Assembly: GCA_040954595.2 (NCBI GenBank)
Contig: CM082579.2
Coordinates: 6,003,625 to 6,067,624, forward strand
Source of the DNA: Balanoglossus misakiensis
Taxonomy: Eukaryota; Animalia; Hemichordata
DNA length: 64,000 nucleotides
Direction of reading: 5' to 3'
Both the position numbers and the translations under genes were made by a program. Every line of letters begins with the position of its first letter. Position 1 is the stretch's first letter. The notes beneath the pieces were generated by a model, which was given only the letters and a program-made list of their open reading frames with translations, made no database searches and was not told the origin of the DNA. Below, piece after piece: positions 40,501 to 54,356 of this stretch.

Positions 40501-43500
40501 CCTTCAGAGATGATGCTTGCTTTTACACCAAAAAATATCCAAACTTTTCACGTGAAAGTCGCGTTTTCGTCTACCTTGCGCGTATCAGATCGCTCCAACA
40601 GGGCGACCACACCGCTATTCCGCACTCAGAGCAGTGCAGTTGTAGTATAAATTGACAGCAACACCCCTCAGCGACACGAGCCGAGTGAGCGCTCCGAAAA
40701 TTTACGACACCAGGGGTCAAAGGGTGCCGCGCCAGAAGACAAGAGGAACCCAATGCTTCCGGACCGTGAATAGCCAATAAATACAGAGCAACTGTCATCC
40801 GGGGCCTGACCGCACGGATCTTCCAACGTGCGTCAGTGCCTTCTAGGAGTGCAAGCTCCGGCCGAGGAGCTTTCCACTCCACATTTCAGTGCAAATTAGT
40901 CGGGTGTATATATAGCGTAGCTTGACGTAGGTAAACCAACTGCGCGTCATGCCATAATGGAACAGATACGCGCATCCAAGTCTTGTATACAATGGTGCCT
41001 GTGTGGAAGATGCGGTGCTCAAACTGAGATGGATGCCACTCAAAATTTACTTACAAACTTCCACAACAGTTTTCTCACATGTCGTCACAAATTACTTTAG
41101 TCGATATAGTATTAAGCGTTCCAAAAATATAGTACTGGTGGCATTACAGTGTCTACGCGCCGCGGTCAGCCATATCCCTCCTTGTACTGCGATCCCATTG
41201 GCTTATCGGTGGTTTTCACCCTGGAGACACCATTCGCCAAAACCGCATCCCACATCCTAGGTCGTACGTCAAACTGCTGAATCCCCCCTCTCTCCCGCAC
41301 CCTGTGTGTCGGTTTGCCTGGACGTTCGCCCAACCACAGCAAAGACTGTGGTACAGTGTAGTTGTCCGAGATCTGTTCACCGAATCTTTGTCTCCGACTC
41401 TGTGCCACTCCCTGAGTTCCGTTTAAAAATTCTTTTTTTCATCGATTTACACAACCGTTCCTCGAAAAGCAGGCTCGTTTCCACAATCATGCGCAAGCTT
41501 ATGAAATGTTATGTGTGCGCATGAATGAACACGATGCATGTTCAACTGTCGACGTCATTTGCGGAACTGGTTGACACGTCCGTCTAACAAACTACATAAA
41601 AAAGCTCTTAAAACTGGTTTTTGTAGAAAGGGTGCACAAATATAACAAATTATTGTCAGTCATATGATCCCGAGCGAAAGAACTTCAGGGAGTGACGCAG
41701 AGCTTGTTTAAAAATGAACTTCAAACCTCTGAAATGTTGCACAGAAAATTACTGGGAGAACGTCACTGAATGACGTCATACCGAAGCCACTGCCCGAGAG
41801 GATGACGTAAAAGAAAACATGGCGCGGCGGATAGTGTTTAGCTTTCCAAACATGTTGTTCCCAGAAGTTCTTTCGTTTGAATTTGCTATAAAAACGAAAC
41901 ACTGCAATTTGGCGTGTTTTGATAGTGGTATGACGTCGACGACGATGATGATGTCGAAAAAAACAAGAATTTGGCTTGTTCCATTTATGTGACGGGTATT
42001 TTCGTAGCAGTAGGCCTATAAATATAAGATTTCCTTAGGCGAAACTGCTCGCTCGAATGACGGATTTCCCCTTCATCATGAATTGCATGCCCACGAAACA
42101 TGCGCACGCACGGTGATGATCTGGCCACCAACAAAATTAACGCAATCTATTTTTTTAGCAAGCGGAATTGACGCGATGATGAAGTTCTAACAATATCCAC
42201 TGTGTGCGATTGCATTTTCAAGCGTTCATGATCTTTGGCCTGCGTCCTCCGTTTTGGCCACAGGATTCCAGGGGAATCATTGAATTGAGCTGTAAGCCAA
42301 AATGTCTCAAGACACATCATTTGATTTTTCTGTGCCCAAGATGAAATATTAGGCCATGCATCGCATTTTCAATACAAAGATGTTCCCATGAAAAGTTTCG
42401 TTTCCCATTATTTAAGCTGTCATACATCATATTTTTTCGGAGAAAGATATAAAACTTGTGAAATCAGATTTCTGTTTTTGGATATGGCTAGAATAATTTG
42501 ATGTTCGTTACCACAACTCTAAGCTTACTCACGGCATTTGTACACACATGTAGGCCTAATATAAAAATACATAACTCCTTTTCTGGACATTTATAGTTTC
42601 TAATCCTCTGTGTTGTTAAACTTAAATTTGAACTCATGGTGAACCTAAATTGATCGTGTCAACTGTGGGATAGTCATTAGCGCCAGCAGAATGGTTTTGG
42701 GATCGGACCAATTCTTAATTTTGTTCATTAAATTTGGAGTATAGTATGCGAAAATCGTGACTTTTTTCAGATATGACACTCATTAAGGACGACAGAGCAC
42801 ATCTGTTTTAATTTCTCATCGTCCTCTGCACCCATGAACTTGACATGGGAGCGGAAGTATCTTTTAAGCCGACCCCGAGGAAATCAACCTTGATGTTGGC
42901 CTGTACGCCCACGGACCGATGCCGTCCCGCGGGGGTGTCGGTCACCACGGCCGTTGTCTTGAAATGCCACGCGTAACAGAGACCGGTGTTTTCCAGCTTT
43001 TTTCATCGATCGATATCGCAATAACATCTGCCGGGGAAACCGCCAGCGGCACTTCTGTCACGAGGACATCCGTCCACCCAGCATCTGACAGACTTTCATT
43101 TCGAAAATTGTCAACAGCTTGACATGGTTGCTGACATGGTACGATCCGTGCACCTCTGGCAAAGAAGATTTCAGCACACCTCACGATAAACTTAAAGTTA
43201 TAGTTCTAAAAGTAATGAGTGGTTTTCGACAAAATTGCTCTTCTTTTTTTAAAGACGTCTTACCTTGAGATATTCAATATTTGCCAACTTCCTCGACTGT
43301 CTGATCCCAAAGACAAATTGTCTTCGATAACCAGGAGTAGAATTTTGCACGAAAAAAGTTCTTTTTTGCCGAAATCGTCGGATATTTCCGTTTCTCTTCC
43401 TCCTCGTGTTGTTTCTTACGTAAATAATAAAAAAAACTGCTGAAAACTTTCCGCGTTTAGCGCTAGACCTGCTCACTGCATCATAAGGGGGTCTTGTGTG

Positions 43501-45110
43501 AATATATACTGATTTGCCAACTCGTAAAAAGTAGGAAGTGGAAGAACGTTTTGAAGGAAAACGAAAGCGCTCGTCGTCCGTGATTCCTGTACCGCGTATA
43601 TACGCGATACGCTGATTGACATCCTGCACGCGCGCACCGGTATGAGGGCAGTAAAAATACATCCCACCAGTAGGTCATCAACCCGCAGTTCAAAAGTTGT
43701 CGTTCTTATTCTTCTCCGATATTCGACTGTCCCTGAACCGTTGTTTGTCACTCACCGTTCAACACAAAGGCCGTGAATGAAGCGCGGAAGCACAGTTACA
43801 AAATAAGACCAAAGGATTCTTCATATTTGAGGTACCCCGGCGAGTTATTGTGGTCATTATTCGAGTCACTTTTCACTCATGCAAACACAAATAAAATGTT
43901 TTCAGCTTAATGGCCGGGCTGACGTCTTGTATGCCCGGGAAACCTTCGATCCAAATATAAAGAAAGAAGTCGCAACCCTCAGTGTCGTTACTAAGGAATT
44001 TAACGAAATAGGAAAGTATTTAACTTGTATTTTTCTCCCTCTCTCTCCATTCTTCAAAGAGCAAGCTTTCGCCGTGCGAGGCGCTTCTGTTTCCTCGTCG
44101 CTTGAAAATATTGAACCAGACATCAACTTATTCTATGCTTATTAATCTTTAAAAAGTTATTGAGTGTTTCGTGAGTAGCACAAAAATGAGATAAATTTGA
44201 ATCATCGCAATGACGTGACGGGACGTGACGAGTGTGCGTACCGTGACGTAAATATCAACTCCAAAATCGATCACAGATGTGACATCTATGTCGCTGGTTA
44301 TGACATTAATCGCAAGATGAATGGGAACGACACAGCGTACTAAAATTACTGTTTTGAGTATGATCCGACAAGTTTATTAAACAACGGCGGGCTCTGCATA
44401 GATTGGAATGAAATATGTATGACGTGATTCATGTGATGGCCTCGGCATTGTGATGAGAAATTTCATTACCATAGCGTATTGGTTTAAACTATGGACGCTG
44501 TTGCTTAGAACCACCTCCCGAAATATAATTATTTGCTCTTCAAGAACACTATAAAATACCATCAAAATGGATTATTTTCGGCCAACGCGAACCGCTGCAT
44601 AACAACCGCACGGCAAAATACCAACCCCGTTTGCGTCCGTGGGGGTAATACACGTACGTTTCTTAGAAGGGACAAAATGGCTAGCTTTTGGTTATTTTAG
44701 TTTCTTTTGAGGGGTTTATGTATATTGTTCTGCTCGCTGAAACATGCTAAATGAGCAGTTGTCAGAGGTGAATCTACACGCATCCCGTATACATAGACAT
44801 AACAGTTGGAACATTTGTAAAAGTTGAAGTATTCTCACGTTGTGATACAGGGGTCGGGTGTGATTTGGGCTGTTGGGGAGGAGGGTGTCGCAGTTTTCAA
44901 AACGTGGACCTTGTCCACTACCAGTATATTGGCTCAGTAGCGACATCATACTCTTGGGGGCGCTCTTTTCCACTGGCGGACGTTGACTTCCTTTCAATCT
45001 GTATGACTGCCTTTGTCGCACCTTACCCCCTCATTCACACACCCAGTCATTTCACATTGTATTAGCAGAAGTAGTAAAACACACCTTTCTATGTATTTTT
45101 TTTACAAATA

Positions 45111-45116
45111 TTTATT
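45111..45116 (-). terminator. Candidate polyadenylation signal of the uncharacterised gene
   Basis: AATAAA on the minus strand ~750 nt after the stop codon, at the end of an AT-rich UTR-like tract. Confidence 0.45.
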
Positions 45117-45864
45117 TCTGGTTGGAAATAGCGGCATGCTAGTGACCTTTAGAAGAAGACGATGACCTTTTCAGAGGAGTCACGTTTTCGCTCAAGTAAA
45201 TAACTACTGCCTCTGCTATAAACTGCTCTATAAAATTTTCCTTTTGAACCCAACTATAGAAATTTTCCCAGTGATGTCATAGGTCATCATGGGGTCAGGG
45301 TGCAAAGGTTATCACAAGCTGGTCATGCACAGATATGTGAAATAAAAACTAAATTGCATAGCAGATCTTGGTATAAATACAAGTGTTCACTTGTTACAAC
45401 GTTTTCTGCTGACTTCACGAAACTATACAAAAATGACTTGTATGTAAATAGGGATATACCAGTATTTATATGAAAAATATAGGACTATGGTTTATGCAAT
45501 CAGTGGTATGTACAATTATGTGTGGGTGCAGAAAGCAATTTGTCATAAATATTATCCAGTACTGAGTGACTGTCTGTACAAACAGCAATAATTCACTGAA
45601 ATTTATAACCAAAGTAATTCACTGAAATTAACCAAATTTGACCTTTTTGCTGAGAGTTGCAAATGTACTGTGATCCATGCATGGAATTATTTTCCTGCTT
45701 GACATGGATTTGGTTCTTAAAATATGAAGAGGACTTGTTTGTTCCATGGCAACTGGTTGCCAAGTGATGAAAACATCTCTGCCCCTCGATCAGCTTGAGT
45801 GTACCAGAGACAGTGTTTCCATGGAAACACCGAGAAGTCCTTTTTTTCACAAGACCTAAGGTGG

Positions 45865-46647
45865 CTAATAGGACTGCAGCTTTTTGCTGCTGTCACTTTC
45901 CACGGGTTGGCTGTAGACCCTTCGTTCGGTTTTCGGGGACCTCGGAGTCGAGTCGGCCGTGGGCAGACCCGGGTGGTAGGGCGGGATGCTGAACACCATC
46001 TCCCGGGACTTCTCCACGTTCTGCAGGCTGGCCTGGATCTTCTCCAGGGAGGGCAGGGGAGCCGACGGGCTGTAGTTGTAGAGTTCGGGCGAGATGCTCA
46101 TGGCCATGCTGCGGCTGCTGACCAGCCCCTGGCGACTGTTGCCGCGGTACTGGGTCGTCAGGTACTGGCTCTTGGAGACCGGCTGCGACATGCGACCGCC
46201 CGTCAGCGGCTCGACCATGGGGAGGGTCTGAAACCGGGGCGAGCTGCTGTGACTCACGAACCCCCGGCGGATCTTCATCTTGTCGTACGTCCGCTCCGGA
46301 TGGGTCCGGGGCGACGTCCCCCCCAGACCGCCGACTCGCAGACTGCCCACCGATTCCATGCCGTTGATCCACCGGACGTCCTCCTGGACGTTCTCGTCCA
46401 TCCTCTGGATCACGGACGTCTTATCCAAGAGGGCCATCTGCCGCGTGCCCGGCCGCTTCGTTGTCGCCCTCTTATAATTGTGCCGACTCAGAATTTCCTT
46501 TTTGGGTGAAAAAGTCACAGATCTGGCGCCGCGATTCTTCAGTACTAGTGACGTATAAAATGACTTGTCTTTACCGGCTGGAGCCGTGTCTATCTGTCTA
46601 CAGGTCAGCGGCTCAAAGTACACATTGCCATGGTAACCCCTCCATGC
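45865..46647 (-). CDS. Uncharacterised gene, terminal coding exon (AWRGYHGNVYFEP...SSKKLQSY*), basic Ser/Arg/Pro-rich
   Basis: Strong polypyrimidine acceptor ttttgtttttattttttgttctctag|GCA at 46648/46647, phase 0 and in frame with the 252-aa ORF. The ORF track starts at an internal GTG only because the acceptor TAG is in frame. Third positions are strongly GC-biased. Confidence 0.85.
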   Translation of the reverse strand, partial: AWRGYHGNVYFEPLTCRQIDTAPAGKDKSFYTSLVLKNRGARSVTFSPKKEILSRHNYKRATTKRPGTRQMALLDKTSVIQRMDENVQEDVRWINGMESVGSLRVGGLGGTSPRTHPERTYDKMKIRRGFVSHSSSPRFQTLPMVEPLTGGRMSQPVSKSQYLTTQYRGNSRQGLVSSRSMAMSISPELYNYSPSAPLPSLEKIQASLQNVEKSREMVFSIPPYHPGLPTADSTPRSPKTERRVYSQPVESDSSKKLQSY

Positions 46648-48365
46648 CTAGAGAACAAAAAATAAAAACAAAATTAATCTACAGAACTTCAGTGCAAATA
46701 TATTGTGTGAATAACTAGACAACAAATTCCAATTGGTTGTTGAAGTGTTTGAACATGTTTGAACTCCATTACGGTTGAGAATTCTCCCCACCCAACACCA
46801 GCTCGCACAATAACTTGTACTGCTCAGTTCCGATCGTTCAACCCACAGATGTCCAATCAAGTGTCCCAGTGGGAAAACTCAGTTTGACAGCCAAACAAGA
46901 CCTTTAAAAATCACCGACTCAGCTGTTATGCTTCACTGTGTCTTTCGACAACCCTCTACACAAACGGCTGTTATTTTTCTTCCCTTGCACTCTTTCAGTT
47001 GCGAACGCTAAGCTCCACTAATCCTGACACTCTGCAGACTGTCACGATCATTTGTCATATCACGGCTTGATGGTCACCGCATGCTGTTTCGACGATGGTT
47101 TCGACCGAACGATTTCGGCCGCTTGTACTGTATCTAACGACCTCTGACCCCTGACATGATGAAATCAACAGGTGGTGGGCGTTGTCATGGTAAAACAGAC
47201 AAAATTCTTGACTTCCAGCTTTGAACGATTTTGCGTAAAGAGATATTTCTTCTCACATAAAATCTGAACCATGCCAAACTAAGTTTTTAAATACTTGATA
47301 AATCACCTGATGCATTTTATATTGGCAGGACAACAAAGTTGATCCCACTATTTTTTTTCTGATGAAAAGAAATAGGACTCTTCTGATAGTGTCACCGGAA
47401 GTTGAATTTCTGTCTTGCTTGGACATTCACTGACAGACAAGCTGAGTCATCATTTTTCAGGTTTCAACTCTGGTACCTATTCATTCTTTTGGTGACTACA
47501 TCTCTACACTTTAAATGATGATGCGTCAATGTTTCTGAGCCACTGAATTTCACACATGGGGGAACCCGCATTCATTCTTGCGTGCAACTGCTAAGCCAAC
47601 TTTCCCACACACTGTCAAAGTCACAGCACTGTGTATATTCACTGAGAGAGAGAGAGAGAAAAAAATATGAAAAGACGAACAGGCCGTGAAGTGCAACAGG
47701 GCGGAAAAACAGTTCTCCAGGAAGTTGATCTAACTACTGCAAGTGTGGTTCATTCCCGGGGCTTTTCTGTCAACATCGGCACAGATGGTCCGAGCTCTGG
47801 TGGTGGTATTTGTGTGAGTGCAATGTGCGCGCTTGCGTGCGTGCGTAAATAAACCAGTCTTGGCTCACAGGCGTACCGTTTTCTTTTCACCTGGCTGAGG
47901 ACTGTGGGAACTCGGGAACGTTTTGGGCGTTAAATCACCAGACGGTGTGAAATCTGTCTTCCGGCTTAACTTGTGCATAGTCCATTCTGTCTCCCTCAAT
48001 GAGATTATATACTCTTCCGATGAAAGGTGTCAGATGACTGACAAAAGCGGACGGGTTTAGTGAGAGCTATTCAGCAGAATGGGGTTTTAACCCTCATTAT
48101 TTCACACCCTGGCCTGTATTGCATCAAGTTTGAAATCCCCAACGCAAATTGTGATGGATGGCTTCTGTTGCACTGCTTTGGAGAATACAACCAAAGTAGT
48201 TTTTAACCCCGAAAACAGTGTCTTTTAATGTAGGAGTCAATTTATACCGTTTGACAGTCACCAGGTATATTGCCCATCCTGAAATTATACAGTACATTTC
48301 TATGCTTTTCTTCAATGAGCCAGACATGATACATGACTACTTTTCAAGTGTCACATGTTCACTTT

Positions 48366-48391
48366 TGGGGGGGGGGGGGGGGGGGGGGGGG
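48366..48391. repeat. Poly-G tract (others at ~49003-49022, and poly-C at ~24852-24870)
   Basis: Homopolymer runs read directly. Confidence 0.9.
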
Positions 48392-51300
48392 TAAAGTTTC
48401 CGGTAAATTCTAGTCCTGGCTTTAAAAACACTGTTACAACTCTACAAACAGCACAAGTTACAGAGCATGATCCAAAGCTCTCCATACTCTGATCAGTTCC
48501 TCAGAACAAACTCTGATAGTAATTTCTACCTCTAACAATGCTATATCAATAAGGCTATGCACCAAGTCTGTTTTTCTCAGTACACACCCTTGTGCCATGT
48601 TCCAGTTGCATTCCTCAAATACTGCTTCCATAACTCCTTTAACTCCACAAATAAATCTTCATTTTTACACCCGCACCATTGAAAAAACAAGACAAAAACC
48701 TGGTGGATTCAAACCAGCGCGACTGCCCTCACTCTTGACCCCCCACCAATAATTTTCTTCCCCTTGCCAGTGCCAACAGGAAAAACAGACAGCGCCGTGT
48801 TTATTTTGGGAGGCGGTAAAGAGCTGAGAACAGTGGACAACCGCAGTCTTTCTTCTTGGCTGCACTCTATATGTGCCTCATGGGATCTCCCTTTAAGTCA
48901 ACAGTGGCGGGTTGGCGGACAAAAACGGGTACACAAACATGGGTGTGGAAAGTGACACGGCCAATGAACGCAGCCAGCAGTGGCATGCGACCTGAAAAAA
49001 TTGGGGGGGGGGGGGGGGGGGGTTCCACACCTCGCTGTGTATGTTTCACACAGAGCAGCTGCACCTCTGGAATGTGCAACAAACAAGCTTCCCATCCCCT
49101 CATGCATGTCCACACACAGTCTCTGTCCGGAAGATTCACTCCATGGATTTGCAACCGCCCCCATGTGCTAACATTTGAACATGAATCGATTATTGCAACC
49201 AAAAGTCTTGCAATATAAATCTAACACAGAGTTGTAACTAGAAAGACATATGCAGATTTCTGGAATGGCAGAAGCAAAAGCTGTTGCTAAAGAATAAAAT
49301 TGGGAAAAATAGCCTGCGGGGCCGGAATACATGCTTGGTACACCTGCAAAATGTATCAGACCCAAGACAGCCAGACATTTTTGATGAAACATTGACGCTG
49401 ATGCCACAAATGGAAAGCTTCTGGTAAACATCTCTCTCTTGCTCTCTCAATCTCTGTCTCTGACTGATACAGCAAATGGAGAGGAAATATTTCCTGCAGT
49501 GTTGGCTGCCGCACACACAATCAAATGAAACCTATGATGGTCATCAGGCAACAGCTGAGTGGGCCTGTGATGTCAAAGTGAGCACAGACATCGATGTGAA
49601 TACCTGGAGGCTATGCGGATGATTGGAACAGGATGTCGTACATTACGCTTCATCATTCCTTTCATGCACTCAAGTGCCCGGGCGACACACGCACAGCTCC
49701 TCATGTTGATGGTGTCAACATCTTGACCCGGGACACGGCCAGGCAAATCATGGATCACATGCAGCAGGTTTTGTACTTGCGGAGAGTGTTTTTGTTCTTA
49801 AAGAGATTCCTCTTTCGCTGACACCAGAGATCACAAAAGTCAGGGCTTCCGATATTTTCATTCACAAAAGAGACGAATTATTCGCATAGTTGTCATGTGC
49901 CGCTTAATTACCTCCGCCATGCGACTGAACTTCCGAGAATGTTAATGAAACTTGCTTTTTTTCGCAACATGTGGAATGTGTTATTGATCAAGTTGATACA
50001 ATGTAGTGTGCTCGAGATGCTTGCATAGTTTTGGATCAGTGGGAAGGGGAAGAAAAGGTGTTCCTAGGTAAACGTGCGTCAATCATCAACTTCCTTCATC
50101 TCTGTGTTAATGGCCTCACAACTGGTGTTAGGAATTCTACCTCTACTGCCAGGGGACTTTCATTATAAGAACTGGAGTTGAGGATGCGTAAAAAGCCAAA
50201 ACGCTTGAGCAAAACTACGTTTCACCAGCCAGATATATTGACTATTGCATTGTGGGATCACAAATGTTATCTATTCAAACACAGGCTTGTGATTGGTCAG
50301 GGCACTGTTGTCAAAGGTCAGGTCAACGAACCTGACTCTCCAGATGCAAAACAAATCGTGGAACATAAGGCACAAGCGCAATGCAATGTTTGACTTCCTT
50401 TCGAGTCTGAGAAGGTAAATAAATCAGCTCTCCATACCAAAGAAGGGTATATTGACAATGTACAAGTTTACTCATCACAAATATATGCAGTGTTCTGTTG
50501 AATGCTTTGGGGGTCCTCCACAAAATGTCTGTTCATGTTCATTTTCTATTGCAGGTAAATGAATGCACCCCTGTAGACTACATGTTTTCAAAGTTCTTGG
50601 TCCAAAATTAAATGACTTAGAATGTTTTGTAGGTTGGACGGATCGTGTCATTAAAATTTGGCGGGAAAATAATTTTCCTAACTGTATTTACCTGCAGTTA
50701 ATCCATGTGTGAAAGCAGCAAATAGTTTGAGAATTTGTTTGTTTGGTTAATAAATCTAATCACAGTAGACTGTGAAATACCGCTGCGATTTAGCAAAATA
50801 TATCACATTCAGCCTGGGTATAAAGCTGCAGTATTTGTGTTCTACAAACACTGAGGATTAGGAGTTTGTGTCCATATTACGTTTTGGTATTTTGGCTGGG
50901 TTAATGCGCCCTCATCAGTTCAAAGTGTGCATATGGACATCAAGCAGTAGACAAGTTGGTGAATTTGGGTAATACTTTCTCTTGTATTGAACAATTACAA
51001 AATTCTGTCCCCCACAATATAAATCTGAGAAAACATGAACTCCTCACTCAAGGGATCTCATGTCTCTTCATCCATCAAATTAATACTGCATGTACCAATT
51101 ACCACCAATGTCAACACCTCACTATTACAGCACTGTTTATAATTGTTCTCTGTAATGATGCATAAAATTGTCTCAAATCACTCATGTTTAAATTCATACT
51201 AAACTGCATACCTTTGTCCCCGGTTGCCACGGTAATTAAAGGGTTCACTCATTTTGGGAATGCAGGTGAAGGTTAAGTTCACAAGTTGGCCATGAATTGC

Positions 51301-51629
51301 CAACAAAGGTTGTTCTGCTAGTATGTTGTGGAATGCCTCGCGATCCCCTGCATATAGCCAACTTGACAACAACAAACAAACCCATGCATGTGGTGTGAAG
51401 TTCATTGTTGATGAACTCGTAAACAAATATTTCAAAGCAGTAGTTTAAGATACCATAAAAAGAAAATATTAACCTTTATGGACTGATCTTGATCTACTTC
51501 TCAACAAAACGCATCTATATTTATAAGAGAAAACTATGTATTCACTTTGTATCTTGTGTACATGTGTAGTGCGGCCTTCATGTTATAAAGGTACCACACT
51601 CGGCACTTCTGTATTTTTCAATTCCTCAC

Positions 51630-51876
51630 CTTAACAGGGGCAGCCGGAAGGGGCCGTTGTTGAGTTACGTAGAAGAAAGACTCCGGGAAATGCCGGTACG
51701 GATGATCCGGCAGACTGGAAGGTGGCAGCAACGGAAGCCGATCCGTGGTTCCCGACTCGCCGAGCGACCTCGTGTGGCTACTGCACCTGGTATCCATGAG
51801 TGCCAAGGCTCGCTGGTAGATGGTGTCTTTGGTTGCGCTTGGCAGGCTGGCGAGGGTTAGCTTGGTGCCGGCCCGG
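51630..51876 (-). CDS. Uncharacterised gene, internal coding exon (RAGTKLTLASLP...HPYRHFPESFFYVTQQRPLPAAPVK)
   Basis: GC-rich island in an AT-rich intron. Acceptor ttttttggtttgtttcatcag|C and donor AAG|GTGAGG; 247 nt, phase 2 in and phase 0 out, matching both flanking exons. Confidence 0.8.
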
Positions 51877-54336
51877 CTGATGAAACAAACCAAAAAAATT
51901 ATCTGTCAGTGTGTTTGACCATTTGGATGTTAATTTACCCCTGTTTGCGATAAGGTGAAAACTGCTGGTGAAATATAACAAGAGATATTATCAGATGTCA
52001 TGAAGTGGCCTGACTCTGTCCCGGCCTTGTTTGTTAAACAGAAGTGTATATAGCAACAAGAGCTTAAAGCTGATCATAGAGTCTCCCAGCAAAACACATG
52101 TATGGGGGACCGGTGTGTTACTGAAATGACATACGAGTTGAATAGCGGCTAAATAAAGGTGATACTTAATGATGGTTGTACCCCGAACAATAATCACCAA
52201 CTCTTCCATGTTTCTGCATGGGTGCTTCCCAATCCCTTTAGCCCTGTCACCGCGCCATGCTATTGTCGCAAAGAGCCCCGATTGACACAGATTTGCCGCA
52301 GTGTAATTGGCAATCAAGTGTGGTCCAGTGATACTAAGCCACAACAATAAGGCTTACTGAGCCACTACCTGTGGACTTTGGACTCCAGCGACGGTGGGCC
52401 TAAGATACATACATACACTTACACCTCTGTTTGGGAATTGTGGCTTTTATCAGCGAAAAGGTCAGGGCGTGATTTTTCCACCACCCCCGGCCTTCAGATC
52501 ATTGGACAGTTTTTGTGACACGCACCTTTGTCTGTTTTTAGCTCCCTGCATGCTTGTGACGCAATTAATCACCGCGAACACCACCTTTTCTTTTTGTCTT
52601 TGTTTACGGCAACCGTCCTATATCACCACCGGCTCACGGCGACTGTAACCAAGTTGGATCCCCGATTCCCCATAAAACTAAGGGTGTGGGAGTGTGTTTG
52701 TGAGTTACACAACCGGCCGGATTTTATTGGTAAATAAATCGGAGACAAAAACACTTATTTGTCCGGTCTGTTCTCTTCTCATTAAACCCATAAAACTGAA
52801 GAAAGGAGCCCGATAAACTTTATTTGCGCGTGTTCCTTTGTGTCACTTAGTAGCAATTTGCTGTGACTTCTGACAACGTGGGGATTGTATGTCGGCCAGT
52901 AAGGACCCCCCATTACAATGGCTGCTGCTGAGTGGCCCTTTGTGTGAATTTTGTTAGAGAAGGCACCGCAGTCAAAACAGGGCCAATGCAAAACACTGTC
53001 AATGCAATAGTACCAGCGGACAGCTAGGTTGCCATGGTACAGTCCTGTGAAAAAAGCATCTAACTGTAAATGCTGTGAGGTTTATTTTCTGTTTATTGAA
53101 AGCCGATGGCATCGTTTCACCTTACCCCCTCCCTCTAGAACCATGCAGTCTTTCGCTTGTTACACTGTACTTGCCTGTTTCACATTCTGATGACCCAGTA
53201 ACGACATCAATTTCAACAAGTGACCTTAGCAACCAGAGGTATTTACATTTGTAATTAAACTTAATGAACATGAAGTGACATTAATCACTTCTTTTATTTG
53301 TATCTTTGTTGTCGCGCTATCCATGACAAGACTGCTGCTGTCAGCAACTGCAAACGTAAACTTTTAAATGGAAGTGGTCAAATCTATAATGTTTTCAGAA
53401 TCATTACTCTGTGAATGGTTACCAAGGTAATTCATGAACAGAAGTGAATTCTGAATCATTCTGTACTTGGCTTGTTGAGGCTTTATGAGTGGGATCTGTA
53501 ACCCAAACTGAGGCTGAACTCAAAATCAGTTCCATTGCCAACACAACAAATTGCCTGTAACACTTGCATTGACATTAAGTATGCACCATCAAATGAACAA
53601 ACAACACCCCTGCAGGTTCAATTTGCATTCAATTTATTTTCTCATCCATCTTATCCCACTTGTTTAATTTCCAATTTCCCTTTTAATTAAATACTTCCCT
53701 TTTTAATTAAAAACTTCCTGTGCCGAGCCCACCTCATGAATAACTAATGACAAGAAAAAGGAAGTAGATGCCCTCCTGGTTTTATTCACCAGATTATCAG
53801 AAATAAAATATTCATGAGATTTCTTTTTTCATCTCAGTGGTGCAATAATTTTCTTAAGGACACAGGATGTTATCCTCTCATGTTCAGACTTCATGTTGAC
53901 GTGCGATAACGCAAATTCACTCATTTCCTTTACTGGCCAACTCTCCAAGTGGAAACTTAAGAGTGTAATTTGTTCAATGTGAGGGTTACTGAACGCAAGA
54001 TAAGTCCCGTGCGATTGATCTGTGCAGTCTGTACAAACTGCAGGAAACGCTGTTTCTATTTTTATTTTGCAGACAAATATCACTTGGCAAACGGCCACAG
54101 AAATATTTTTTCACAACATCACATCTCAGGAAATAAGATAGCGTGTATAGTCTTCGGTTACATTAAACTTCCTCGCTGTGCCCACTTCCTGTTTCATTTC
54201 TTGTTTACTATAAAAATTACTTTTTTTGTTAGAGAACTGGTTTCCAAACCGCGTTTTTCATTTTTTTTATGACAGAAGGTACAATGGTTCTTCAACACTG
54301 CAACACTGTAGATTTTTGTGTGTGTTAACTTGGAGG

Positions 54337-54349
54337 GCGCCACCTAGTG
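54337..54349 (-). promoter_or_regulatory. CTCF-like motif CACTAGGTGGCGC
   Basis: Close match to the CTCF core consensus CCASYAGRKGGCRS. A similar CCAATAGGTGGCGC occurs at 55023-55036 and 56673-56686 in the same orientation. Confidence 0.5.
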
Positions 54350-54356
54350 TTTAAAT

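Noticed and set aside
45799-46509. 236-aa plus-strand ORF and 159-aa alternate-frame ORF
   Set aside because: Antisense or alternate-frame shadows of the terminal exon; only the 45865-46647 frame has a matching splice acceptor and phase.
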